Shown here in pieces: positions 8,643 through 17,708 of a stretch of 54,168 nt of DNA. Both the position numbers and the translations under genes were made by a program. Under the pieces are notes generated by a model, which made no database searches, was not told the DNA's origin, and worked only from the letters and a program-made list of their open reading frames with translations. Each line of letters opens with the position of its first letter. Positions within the stretch are counted from its first letter, which is position 1. The stretch is from the IMG/VR virus record IMGVR_UViG_3300026511_000002; one strand, written 5' to 3'. Source of the DNA: an uncultured virus (IMG/VR IMGVR_UViG_3300026511_000002). Lineage: Duplodnaviria; Heunggongvirae; Uroviricota; Caudoviricetes.

Positions 8643-10322
8643 ATGAAAGAAGCCGGAACACCTCTCGCAGAGAAACCTGTCGCGATTAAAAGCGATGAAA
8701 CAAGACCAAAATATTATTGGTTAAATGATGACAGTAGATTATTTTTATCACGAGGATACATCACTGAAACACCAGAACAACGAATCAAAGACATTGCAAA
8801 CACCGCAGAAAAGTATTTAAAAGTTGAAGGATTTGCAAAGAAATTTGAAGATTACATGGCAAGAGGTTTTTACAGTATGTCCACTCCGGTTTGGATTAAC
8901 TTCGGTAAAGATAAAGGTCTTCCTATAAGTTGTTACGGTTCTAATGTAGATGACACATTAGATAGTATTTTAAATGGCTCGAGAGAAATTGGCATGATGT
9001 CAAAATACGGAGGAGGAACTTCTATTTATTTAGGAAACATTAGAGAAAGAGGTGCTACTATTTCTACAGGAGGAACAGCAGATGGACCAGTACACTACGC
9101 TAGAATGTATGACACGACAGTTGATGTATGTAAACAATCAGAAGCAAGAAGAGGAGCATGCGCAGCATGGTTACCAGTAGAACATAATGATATTTTAGAA
9201 TTTTTAGAAATAGGCACAGAAGGAAATCCTATTCAAAATCTACAATATGGTGTTACAGTTACTGATCAATGGATTCAGGAAATGAAAGATGGTGATGCAG
9301 CTAAACGTAAAATTTGGGCTAAAGTTATTCAGAGAAGAAATGAATTTGGCTATCCTTACATTATGTTCAAAGATAACTCAAATAATAATTCTCCCTACAA
9401 AGAATTAGGTTTAGAAATTACAGCATCAAACCTGTGTTCAGAAATTCAACTACCAACAGATTCATTTAATTCATTTGTATGTTGTTTAGGTTCTATTAAC
9501 CTATTACATTGGGACGAATTAAAAGATACAGATGCAATTGAAACGTATACTTTATTTTTAAATGCAGTAATGGATGAATTCGTAAAAAAATCTTATAATT
9601 TACCAGGAATGGCAAGAGCTCATAGATTTGCTGAGCAACATAGAGCACTTGGAGTTGGCGTTTTAGGATATCATTCTTATTTTCAATCTAAAAGAGTTGC
9701 ATTTGAATCATTAGAGGCAAAACAATTAAATCACCAAATATTTAAAACTCTTAAAGAAAGAACAGAAGAAGCATCTAAGTGGTTACATGACGAAAAAGGA
9801 TATAAATCATTAAGAAATGGATTTGCTAATACAACATTAATTGCAATTGCACCAACCAAATCAAGTTCATTTATTCACGGAGCAGTAAGCATGGGTATTG
9901 AGCCAATTAAATCTAATTACTTTATTAAAGATTTAGCTAAATCAAAAACAATTTATAAAAATCCATTCTTAGAAGAAGAATTAGAAAAATATGGACTAAA
10001 CACACCTGCTGTATGGGACGAAATTTTAAAGAAAGATGGAAGCGTACAACACTTAGACTTTCCTACTAAAGAAGTATTTAAATCATTTATTGAAATTTCT
10101 CCAAGTGAATTAATATTACAGGCTGGACAGAGACAAGAATTTATTGATCAATCACAATCACTAAATTTAATGATTCACCCAAGCGTTTCAGCAAAAGATA
10201 TTAATAAACTTTATTTAAATGCGCATGAATCTGGTGTTAAAACACTATACTATCAATTTAGTCAGAGTTCAGCACAATCATTTTCTAGAAATATTTTAGA
10301 ATGTGCTTCATGTGAAGGTTAA
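8643..10322 (+). CDS. nrdA: Ribonucleotide reductase alpha subunit, without N-terminal ATP cone
   Basis: PISCY, SNLCSEI, CCLGSINL, APTKSSS, TLYY, C-terminal CASCEG. Confidence 0.95.
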   Translation: MKEAGTPLAEKPVAIKSDETRPKYYWLNDDSRLFLSRGYITETPEQRIKDIANTAEKYLKVEGFAKKFEDYMARGFYSMSTPVWINFGKDKGLPISCYGSNVDDTLDSILNGSREIGMMSKYGGGTSIYLGNIRERGATISTGGTADGPVHYARMYDTTVDVCKQSEARRGACAAWLPVEHNDILEFLEIGTEGNPIQNLQYGVTVTDQWIQEMKDGDAAKRKIWAKVIQRRNEFGYPYIMFKDNSNNNSPYKELGLEITASNLCSEIQLPTDSFNSFVCCLGSINLLHWDELKDTDAIETYTLFLNAVMDEFVKKSYNLPGMARAHRFAEQHRALGVGVLGYHSYFQSKRVAFESLEAKQLNHQIFKTLKERTEEASKWLHDEKGYKSLRNGFANTTLIAIAPTKSSSFIHGAVSMGIEPIKSNYFIKDLAKSKTIYKNPFLEEELEKYGLNTPAVWDEILKKDGSVQHLDFPTKEVFKSFIEISPSELILQAGQRQEFIDQSQSLNLMIHPSVSAKDINKLYLNAHESGVKTLYYQFSQSSAQSFSRNILECASCEG

Positions 10323-10378
10323 AAATTCCGGTGGTATGAAACAAGACCACATTTTAGGACCGTTTTAGTTAACGGGTT

Positions 10379-10416
10379 GGGCAGAGAAGTTTCGCTACTA
10401 TCTCTGCCCTTTTTTT
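10379..10416 (+). terminator. Rho-independent terminator after nrdA
   Basis: GGGCAGAGA 10379-10387 / TCTCTGCCC 10401-10409, followed by T7. Confidence 0.85.
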
Positions 10417-10430
10417 GTTCATTAATTATT

Positions 10431-10458
10431 GAAACTATTTCAAATAACTCGGTATAAT
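10431..10458 (+). promoter_or_regulatory. Putative middle promoter
   Basis: GAAAC-N17-TATAAT upstream of ORF 10491. Confidence 0.65.
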
Positions 10459-10490
10459 ATTCAAATATCATTATCTAAAAATAACAAATT

Positions 10491-11234
10491 ATGAAATTAA
10501 AAATTGATCGCATTGACCAACATGCACTAACAGAGTTTATCAATCGTGTTAAACTTATCGACTCTTTCATTTATATGAAAATTAAAGAGGGACAAATCCA
10601 CTCAACTGTTTATCTACCACAAAGAGATGCCGTAAAGCACCACTCTATCGCAGCAGATAAAATCTTTCAAGTAAGTGAATGGCCAGACACTGATAAAGAA
10701 ATGAAAATTGCATTCTTTGAAGGTAACAAAGTTATTGAAGCAATTAAGCATTTTGATCATGACGCAATTAAAGGTGAATTGGAATTTATTGAAAACGATG
10801 AAGAATTCGTTGCATCTACATTACGTATATTCAATGACGAATTAGAAATTACACTTTCTTGTTCAGAGCCTTCATTAGGATTTAAAGATCTTTCACAAGA
10901 TCAACGTGATGCAATCTTTGCAAGATCGGATTCTAAATTTGATTTTACACTTGATACACATTCTATTGGTAAAGTTAAAAACCTATTCTCACTTGATAAA
11001 GATGAAACATTCGGTATCAATTCAGACGTGCAAGGAATCAATGTAAATGGAAAATCATTTAACGTAGTTCTTACACCTGATACAAGCGGAAATGGTAACG
11101 TTACTGTTTACAAAAAGTATTTAAATTTATTAGACAAAGAAGAGCAAACGGTATATGTGTCAGACTCGAAGGTTGTATTTGAATCAAACGATTCAGAAAC
11201 TTTATTGACAATCTCAACTTGCCAAACTGCATAA
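10491..11234 (+). CDS. Probable DNA polymerase sliding clamp (gp45/PCNA-like)
   Basis: 247 aa, acidic, alternating beta/alpha pattern; directly upstream of the polymerase C-subunit; clamp loader genes are present; no diagnostic motif seen. Confidence 0.5.
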   Translation: MKLKIDRIDQHALTEFINRVKLIDSFIYMKIKEGQIHSTVYLPQRDAVKHHSIAADKIFQVSEWPDTDKEMKIAFFEGNKVIEAIKHFDHDAIKGELEFIENDEEFVASTLRIFNDELEITLSCSEPSLGFKDLSQDQRDAIFARSDSKFDFTLDTHSIGKVKNLFSLDKDETFGINSDVQGINVNGKSFNVVLTPDTSGNGNVTVYKKYLNLLDKEEQTVYVSDSKVVFESNDSETLLTISTCQTA

Positions 11235-11237
11235 TAA

Positions 11238-12446
11238 ATGACAATAGAAGAGTTAGAACAAAAATCAATTGAACAACTTACAGATGATGAGGCAAAGCTG
11301 CTTGTAGACCACTACAAGCAGCTGTCTGCCAAATTCACAGCATATGAGCAAGCTGTTAAGTTAACTCTTAACTCTATTTATGGAGCATTTGGTAATAAGT
11401 GGTTCCACTTTTTTAATCTTGACATTGCTGAATCAATTACTAAACAAGGTAAGAATGCAATTCTTTATTCCGAAACAATTCTTAACAAATACGTTAATGA
11501 TTTTTGGCACAAAGATACTGCAGTACATGATAAATTCAACATCAAAGTAAAGGGTAAAATTGAAAAACCCGCAGTAATTTATATTGATACCGATTCATGT
11601 TATGTACAGTTTCAAGATTTATATGAATCTATAATTTGGCCAGACGAAGATAAAAAATTACCGATTGATGAATTTATTTTAGCGTTTTATGCATTTAGAT
11701 TAAAAGATTACATATCTAAAACCATGGAAAAATACGCAGAGAAAAGAAACACAGATAATTTCTTATTCTTTGAATTAGAATCATTAGCGTATAATGGTAT
11801 TTGGATGTCTAAAAAGAAATACATTCAAAATCTAGCATGGGATGATAAACTAGAAGTAACTGAACGCCATCCTTCATTAAAAAAGGTAAAAACTATTGGA
11901 TTTGACACAATTCAATCTTCAACTCCTAAGTTTGCTAGAGAGAAGTTAGTAGAAGCACTTAGAATTTTATTCTCATCAGAGATTCAACCATCAGCAAAAG
12001 AATTACAACAGCTTGTTGAGTTTATGAAGCAATGTAAAAAAGAATTTAAATTAGCAGACATTGACGATATCGCTTTTAATAAAAGAACAAATAATATTGA
12101 CAAATATATTATTGATGATCAAGAAGAATTACAAATAGGTTTAAAATGTCCAGCTAATGTAAAAGCCGCAGGATATTATAATTATATTTTAAATAACAAT
12201 AAAAAATATAAAAACAAATATAAACTTATTGCTAATGGTGAAAAACTTAAAATATACAATTGTATAGGATCAATTAGTGAAGTATATGCTTTTATGCCAA
12301 ACGAACATCCTTATGAAATAGCACCTAAAGTAGATTACGATACTCAATTTGAGAAGGCAATGATTGATCCTCTGAATAGAGTACTCACAGCAATAGGTTT
12401 ACAAACACTAGATACTAATCTAATATATGCTTCGGCATTATTTTAA
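11238..12446 (+). CDS. gp43B: Family B DNA polymerase, C-terminal subunit (motifs B, C, thumb)
   Basis: KLTLNSIYGAFGN (motif B), YIDTDS (motif C), KKKY, QSSTP. Confidence 0.92.
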   Translation: MTIEELEQKSIEQLTDDEAKLLVDHYKQLSAKFTAYEQAVKLTLNSIYGAFGNKWFHFFNLDIAESITKQGKNAILYSETILNKYVNDFWHKDTAVHDKFNIKVKGKIEKPAVIYIDTDSCYVQFQDLYESIIWPDEDKKLPIDEFILAFYAFRLKDYISKTMEKYAEKRNTDNFLFFELESLAYNGIWMSKKKYIQNLAWDDKLEVTERHPSLKKVKTIGFDTIQSSTPKFAREKLVEALRILFSSEIQPSAKELQQLVEFMKQCKKEFKLADIDDIAFNKRTNNIDKYIIDDQEELQIGLKCPANVKAAGYYNYILNNNKKYKNKYKLIANGEKLKIYNCIGSISEVYAFMPNEHPYEIAPKVDYDTQFEKAMIDPLNRVLTAIGLQTLDTNLIYASALF

Positions 12447-12457
12447 AAAACATTATT

Positions 12458-12616
12458 ATGAATACACCAACATTTTACGAAACAATTAAAAGTTTAATAA
12501 AGCAATATCCTAATGACATGGAATTAGGAAGCGCAGTTAGACATTTAGATTGGAAAATTGAAGAATCAAATCAAAAAGATCCAAATCAATTAGAAATACA
12601 ATTTCCAAATAATTAA
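12458..12616 (+). CDS. Small hypothetical protein (52 aa), not in ORF track
   Basis: MNTPTFYETIKSLIKQYPNDMELGSAVRHLDWKIEESNQKDPNQLEIQFPNN fills the intergenic gap. Confidence 0.65.
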   Translation: MNTPTFYETIKSLIKQYPNDMELGSAVRHLDWKIEESNQKDPNQLEIQFPNN

Positions 12617-12619
12617 TAC

Positions 12620-12817
12620 ATGGACATTAAGTTAACTCCAAAACAACAAGAACATGTTGATGCATATAATGTGATTCTTAATAGAATAAATGGTATTCAA
12701 TTAAAAATTGATAAACTTAAGGACGAAGCAGCTGAAGCTCTTGCTGAATTAAATAGACTTAGAAGAGAAGAGCAGTTGATGTTTCCAGAAAATAACACAG
12801 AAGAAACAAACGATTAG
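12620..12817 (+). CDS. Hypothetical coiled-coil protein
   Basis: Tightly packed ORF with heptad pattern. Confidence 0.65.
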   Translation: MDIKLTPKQQEHVDAYNVILNRINGIQLKIDKLKDEAAEALAELNRLRREEQLMFPENNTEETND

Positions 12818-12830
12818 TTTGTGGTATAAT
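12803..12830 (+). promoter_or_regulatory. Putative middle promoter
   Basis: GAAAC-N17-TATAAT upstream of uvsX. Confidence 0.65.
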
Positions 12831-12848
12831 ATAAAAATACAATAACAA

Positions 12849-13958
12849 ATGGCAAAGAAAGATTTTAGTTTTGACGATATAAACGCAGAGTTAAAGGCAT
12901 TAAATCCTATGGGATCAATTATGGCAGACTCAACCTTTAGTGAAGTTACAGAGTGGATCGACACTGGTAATTATCATTTAAACGCATGTGTTAGTGGTTC
13001 ACTATTTGGTGGATGGCCAAACAGTAGAACGTGTTCGATTGCTGGTCCTTCGGGAACTGGTAAAACATTCTTAGTATTGAACTCAGTAAAAAGAGCAATT
13101 GATATGGGATATAATGTGATCTATTATGATAGTGAAGCTGCAGTAGATAAAGATCAGATGGAAAAGTTTGGTATTGATGTTACTAAAGTAAATTATCAAC
13201 CAATTAACACTGTTCAAGAATTTAGAACATCAGTTACTACATTAACTAGCAAAATGCAAGAAATCAAAAGAATCGGTGGTAAAACTCCAAAAGTCATGAT
13301 GATTCTTGATTCTGCTGGTAACTTAGCAACACAAAAAGAAATTGATGATGCACGATCAGGTTCTGAAAAAGCAGATATGACAAGATCTAAGGTTTTAAAA
13401 TCTATTTTTAGAATTATTATGACACCATTGGCAGATCTTAAGATACCTTTTATTTTTACTAATCACACATATCAAACTCAAGATTTTATATCAAGACAAG
13501 TAGCTGGTGGTGGAACTGGACCAGAATATGCAGCATCAATTGTTCTATTCTTAGGAAAGGCACAACTTAAAGAATCAAGTGGTGAAAAGGCGGGTATTAT
13601 TGTAACTGCTAAACCAAATAAGAATCGTTTTGCAAAACCACACAATATTAAATTCCATTTACACTTTACAGAAGGTATGAATAGATATGTTGGATTAGAA
13701 CAATACATTGATTGGGAAGATATTGGTATTACAAAAGGCGTTATTGAAAAAGGTGAAAAGATTCCTAAGAAGACTGCAAGAAATTGGATCTGTAAACATT
13801 TAGATGAGTCAGTACCTAATAAAGAGTTCTTTTCAGAAAAAGTATTTACAAAAGAAGTACTTGAGAAAATTGAAGCAAGAATAGAACACGTGTTCAATTA
13901 TAATACTGAAGAAAGAGAAATTGATTTAGAAGAAATACTAGAAACAGATGCAGATTAA
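12849..13958 (+). CDS. uvsX: RecA-like recombinase
   Basis: IDTG, AGPSGTGKT Walker A, YYDSE, ILDSAGNL, FTNHTY, GGGTGPEYAAS. Confidence 0.92.
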   Translation: MAKKDFSFDDINAELKALNPMGSIMADSTFSEVTEWIDTGNYHLNACVSGSLFGGWPNSRTCSIAGPSGTGKTFLVLNSVKRAIDMGYNVIYYDSEAAVDKDQMEKFGIDVTKVNYQPINTVQEFRTSVTTLTSKMQEIKRIGGKTPKVMMILDSAGNLATQKEIDDARSGSEKADMTRSKVLKSIFRIIMTPLADLKIPFIFTNHTYQTQDFISRQVAGGGTGPEYAASIVLFLGKAQLKESSGEKAGIIVTAKPNKNRFAKPHNIKFHLHFTEGMNRYVGLEQYIDWEDIGITKGVIEKGEKIPKKTARNWICKHLDESVPNKEFFSEKVFTKEVLEKIEARIEHVFNYNTEEREIDLEEILETDAD

Positions 13959-14247
13959 TGAGGATAAGTTGCCTATAAAATACGTATTAGGTATTGAAAA
14001 GGACTTACCAAATTATCCAAGTGCATTTGATATATTATTAGCTGAAATTAAATTATGTGTCAGAATGCCCGACAGACATAAGGGTAACTTTACTTTACAT
14101 GCTTTAAAAACATATAGGTTTCCAGAAACAGAAGAAAATCATTTATTAAAATCTATTAATGAGTTAATGGAATTGGATTTGGTAGAAGAATTAAATACCT
14201 CAGAAGGTAAAGAATCTTGGAAAATCAAAACTAATCCATTCGAATGA
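13948..14247 (+). CDS. Hypothetical protein, possibly winged helix
   Basis: Overlaps both neighbours; helix (LKSINELMELDLVE) followed by a beta-hairpin-like end. Confidence 0.55.
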   Translation: MQINEDKLPIKYVLGIEKDLPNYPSAFDILLAEIKLCVRMPDRHKGNFTLHALKTYRFPETEENHLLKSINELMELDLVEELNTSEGKESWKIKTNPFE

Positions 14248-14819
14248 TAGTAGTAATAGATAATTTCATTAAAGACCAAGATTTGTTAAGAGATATATCA
14301 AATGATATAAATTTCTTTTCAGATCCTGGTGTTTATTACTGGTGGGACGGTTGGTGGAACGGTGAAGCTAAGTCACTAAAACACAGATTAATAGAACATA
14401 TTTGGGCAGATAATTGCCCACTTAGTGAAGCTATAGCAATTAGAGGTTTTGAATATTGGACAGGTATTCAAACGGCAGATCCAAATATGGGATTTGAAAA
14501 TAATTTAGGAGGTCATTTCGATAAAGATGAAGAACTTTTTGAATTAACAGGAAAAATAGTAACGCCTTCAATGGGAACTGTATATTATCCAGAACAATCA
14601 GAGTTTGAAGGTGGTATGTTAGAAATTTACAGTGAAGGTGAAGATAAGGAACCAGAGGTAGTGTATGCTAAACCAAATAGATTAGTAATTTTTGATGCAG
14701 GTAAATATGTGCATTCAGTTAGACCAGTAACTAAAGGCACTAGAAAGGCCATCGCTATTAATTTATGGTTAACATTACCATTAGGGAAACAAAATAACAA
14801 TATGTCCATAGAAGGATAA
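14244..14819 (+). CDS. 2-oxoglutarate/Fe(II)-dependent oxygenase
   Basis: HFD (HxD), EGGML, PNRLVIF, HSV, RKA 2OG-binding Arg. Confidence 0.85.
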   Translation: MIVVIDNFIKDQDLLRDISNDINFFSDPGVYYWWDGWWNGEAKSLKHRLIEHIWADNCPLSEAIAIRGFEYWTGIQTADPNMGFENNLGGHFDKDEELFELTGKIVTPSMGTVYYPEQSEFEGGMLEIYSEGEDKEPEVVYAKPNRLVIFDAGKYVHSVRPVTKGTRKAIAINLWLTLPLGKQNNNMSIEG

Positions 14820-14834
14820 AGTAATAAACAATAT

Positions 14835-16151
14835 ATGCAATTCGGACAAGACTTTGAAAAAATATTCTTTAGATTATCTTTAGTTAAAACTAAGTATCTA
14901 AAAAGCATCAAAACAGGATTTTACACATCACAAGAAATTGATATTCTAAGTCAGTTATCTAATAAATTCTTTGAAAGATTTAATGAAACTCCAACTAAGG
15001 ATCAATTAGTTATGTTAGTTCAAAGAAGTGAAAAAGCAAAAGAAAAAATCACAGAAGATATTTTAAATCTAGTATTTGATGTTGATTTAGATCAATACGA
15101 CGAAGAGTGGGTAACAACGACCGCTGAATCATGGATTAAATGGAGAACTTTTGACACTTCTCTAATAGATACTATTGAATTTATTAAAACTACACAGGTG
15201 ACACCTGAGAATGTAGATAGCATAGTTACCAAAGTAAAGGGTCTTATTAATGATAGAAATAATTTATCATTTAATTCTGATTTAGGTCTTGATTTCTTTG
15301 AAGTAGATTCACATGATCAAAAAGATACAGAGAAAGTATCTACTGGCTATAACTTTTTAGATAGAATGTTAGGTGGTGGTTATGACAAAGGAGGTAATTT
15401 AATTGTATATGCAGGTGAACAAAACATTGGTAAATCAATATACTTAGCAAATGATGCAGCCAATTTTGTTAAAATGGGAACTAACACTGTAGTAGTTACT
15501 GCAGAAATGGCAGCACATAAATTTGTAAAACGTATAGGTTCAAATCTATTAACAATAGATATTAATGACTATGCAGATAAAGCTAAAAACAAAGAACACG
15601 TTAAGCGTAGATTAGAAACTGTAGGTGATGGATTTACTCCACCTGGTTCACTATTCGTTAAACAATTTCCAACATCACAAGCAACGGTATTAGATATTGA
15701 AGCTTATGTTAATCAAATAGAAGAAGAAAAACAAATAAAAGTTGGTGCAGTCGTTATTGACTATATTAACATTCTTGCTAATTACAGAAATCAAAATACA
15801 GAAAACACTTACATGAAGATCAAGCAAATTGCTGAAGATCTTAGAGCAATGGGTATTCGTAATAATTGGTTAATTGTAACAGCAACACAAATTACCAGAA
15901 ATGGATATAATTCATCTGACATTGGTATGACAGACATCGCAGAATCTGCAGGTCTTTCACATACAGCTGATGTTATGTTAGGTATTATTCAAGATGATCT
16001 AATGAGAGCTAATTCAGAATATTGGTTAAAAGTTCTAAAAATTAGAGATGGTGAAGGTAAAGGAACTAAATGTAAATTAAACATTAATTGGAATTACATG
16101 AGGTTAATCGAAACAGAAGAAACTACTAACTCAAACTTACATAGCATATAA
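14835..16151 (+). CDS. gp41: DnaB-like replicative helicase
   Basis: AGEQNIGKS Walker A, TAEM, VIDYI, ATQITR, AESAG, KIRDG. Confidence 0.92.
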   Translation: MQFGQDFEKIFFRLSLVKTKYLKSIKTGFYTSQEIDILSQLSNKFFERFNETPTKDQLVMLVQRSEKAKEKITEDILNLVFDVDLDQYDEEWVTTTAESWIKWRTFDTSLIDTIEFIKTTQVTPENVDSIVTKVKGLINDRNNLSFNSDLGLDFFEVDSHDQKDTEKVSTGYNFLDRMLGGGYDKGGNLIVYAGEQNIGKSIYLANDAANFVKMGTNTVVVTAEMAAHKFVKRIGSNLLTIDINDYADKAKNKEHVKRRLETVGDGFTPPGSLFVKQFPTSQATVLDIEAYVNQIEEEKQIKVGAVVIDYINILANYRNQNTENTYMKIKQIAEDLRAMGIRNNWLIVTATQITRNGYNSSDIGMTDIAESAGLSHTADVMLGIIQDDLMRANSEYWLKVLKIRDGEGKGTKCKLNINWNYMRLIETEETTNSNLHSI

Positions 16152-16153
16152 TT

Positions 16154-16591
16154 ATGGCAAAAAACGATAAAATTTTTAATAATAATTTTGAATCACCTGA
16201 CACAGAGTTTGGTAATATTAATTTTGAATTAGATCCTAACGTAAAAGATAATAAAGACGAAGAAGATAAAATTCACTTTGAATTAATAGCCAGAGAAATA
16301 CACAGATTAATTGAACTTTCTAGATTTAAAGTTTTTAATAAAGTAGATGAGTTGGGTAAATGTACAACTCTTAAAAAGGCAGACATTAATAGTATATACG
16401 GATATATCATAGATGAAATGGCAGCTAAAAATAGCCGCATAGATATCTTTAGCGAATTATGTGTATATTTTGATATTAATCCTACAAAATTTTACAGTTC
16501 TCTTTCTAATGTATACAAAGAAGATTTAATTCAAGAATTAGATTTACGCACAGGTATATTGAAGCAAAAGAATATAATGAAACTTTTTTAA
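16154..16591 (+). CDS. Possible late-transcription co-activator (gp33-like)
   Basis: C-terminal IDIFSELCVYFDINPTKFYSSLSNVYKEDLIQEL...KLF resembles the gp33 helical core plus a hydrophobic tail. Confidence 0.45.
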   Translation: MAKNDKIFNNNFESPDTEFGNINFELDPNVKDNKDEEDKIHFELIAREIHRLIELSRFKVFNKVDELGKCTTLKKADINSIYGYIIDEMAAKNSRIDIFSELCVYFDINPTKFYSSLSNVYKEDLIQELDLRTGILKQKNIMKLF

Positions 16592-16592
16592 A

Positions 16593-17708
16593 ATGATTGA
16601 ACAAAGTATCTTAAAAAAAGGTGCCAATCGTGTATGGGTGCTGGGAGATTTACATTTTGGTGTTAGAGCTAATTCTATAGAATGGTTAGACATACAAAAA
16701 CAATTCTTCGAAGAAGTATTTATTCCAACACTAAAGAAACACGTACAACCTGGTGATGTTTTAGTGCAAGTTGGTGATACCTTTGATAATAGACAAAGTA
16801 TTAATATCAGGGTATTAAACTACGCTGTAAACCTTTTTGAAAGACTTGGTGAGATTTTACCAGTTCATATCATATGTGGTAATCATGATATATGGGCCAA
16901 GAATTCAAATGAAGTCACTTCTATTGATAGTTTAAAATGGATTCCAAATGTTCAGATTTATAAAGAACCCGAGTTATTGAATTGGTCTGGCAAGAAAATC
17001 TTAATGATGCCATGGAGAAGAGATTCAGAACATGAAACAGAAACATTAGCAGAATACCCTACGGCAGATATTGTATATTGTCACTCTGAAGTTAGAGGTA
17101 TTTACCTTAACGCTAAAGTTAAGAATGAACACGGAACTGATTCTAATATTTATGACAAGTATACAAGAGTTTATAGTGGACATATTCATTTTAGACAAGA
17201 GCGTGGTAAATTATTAATGGTTGGAACTCCATATCAATTAACAAGATCAGATGCTAATAATACAAAGGGTTTTGATTTAGTAGATCTAAAAGATATGTCA
17301 GAAACATTTTTCCCAAATGAGGTTTCACCCAAATTTATGAAATACAATATTATACAACTATATGATATTCCATTAGGTCAATTTAAAAATCAAATAAGAA
17401 ATAATTTTGTAGATTTATTTGTACCTTCTAATATAGCTACAACAAATGCGTTAAGCCAATTAATCAACAAAATACAAAATATTAGTAGAAAATTAGAACC
17501 AAATATTTATCAAGAAGAAAACTACATTGATAAAGATTTTTATGACATGGAAGATGTAGAAGAAATGTATAAAAATTATAACATACTAAATTTATGTAAC
17601 ATGTATGTTGATGGTTTAAATGATGATGAGGAAACCAAAGGAAAGTTAAAAGAAAAACTAAAAATATTGTACACTCAATGTGCATATAATAACGGTGGAG
17701 AAATATGA
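16593..17708 (+). CDS. gp47: Mre11/SbcD-like recombination nuclease
   Basis: GDLHFG, GDTFD, GNHD, SGHIH phosphoesterase motifs. Confidence 0.92.
   Translation: MIEQSILKKGANRVWVLGDLHFGVRANSIEWLDIQKQFFEEVFIPTLKKHVQPGDVLVQVGDTFDNRQSINIRVLNYAVNLFERLGEILPVHIICGNHDIWAKNSNEVTSIDSLKWIPNVQIYKEPELLNWSGKKILMMPWRRDSEHETETLAEYPTADIVYCHSEVRGIYLNAKVKNEHGTDSNIYDKYTRVYSGHIHFRQERGKLLMVGTPYQLTRSDANNTKGFDLVDLKDMSETFFPNEVSPKFMKYNIIQLYDIPLGQFKNQIRNNFVDLFVPSNIATTNALSQLINKIQNISRKLEPNIYQEENYIDKDFYDMEDVEEMYKNYNILNLCNMYVDGLNDDEETKGKLKEKLKILYTQCAYNNGGEI

Noticed and set aside
7584..11237. Intron or split intein explaining the split polymerase
   Set aside because: The intervening DNA holds ordinary genes with their own promoters and terminator; no intein Cys/His-Asn termini or group I core seen
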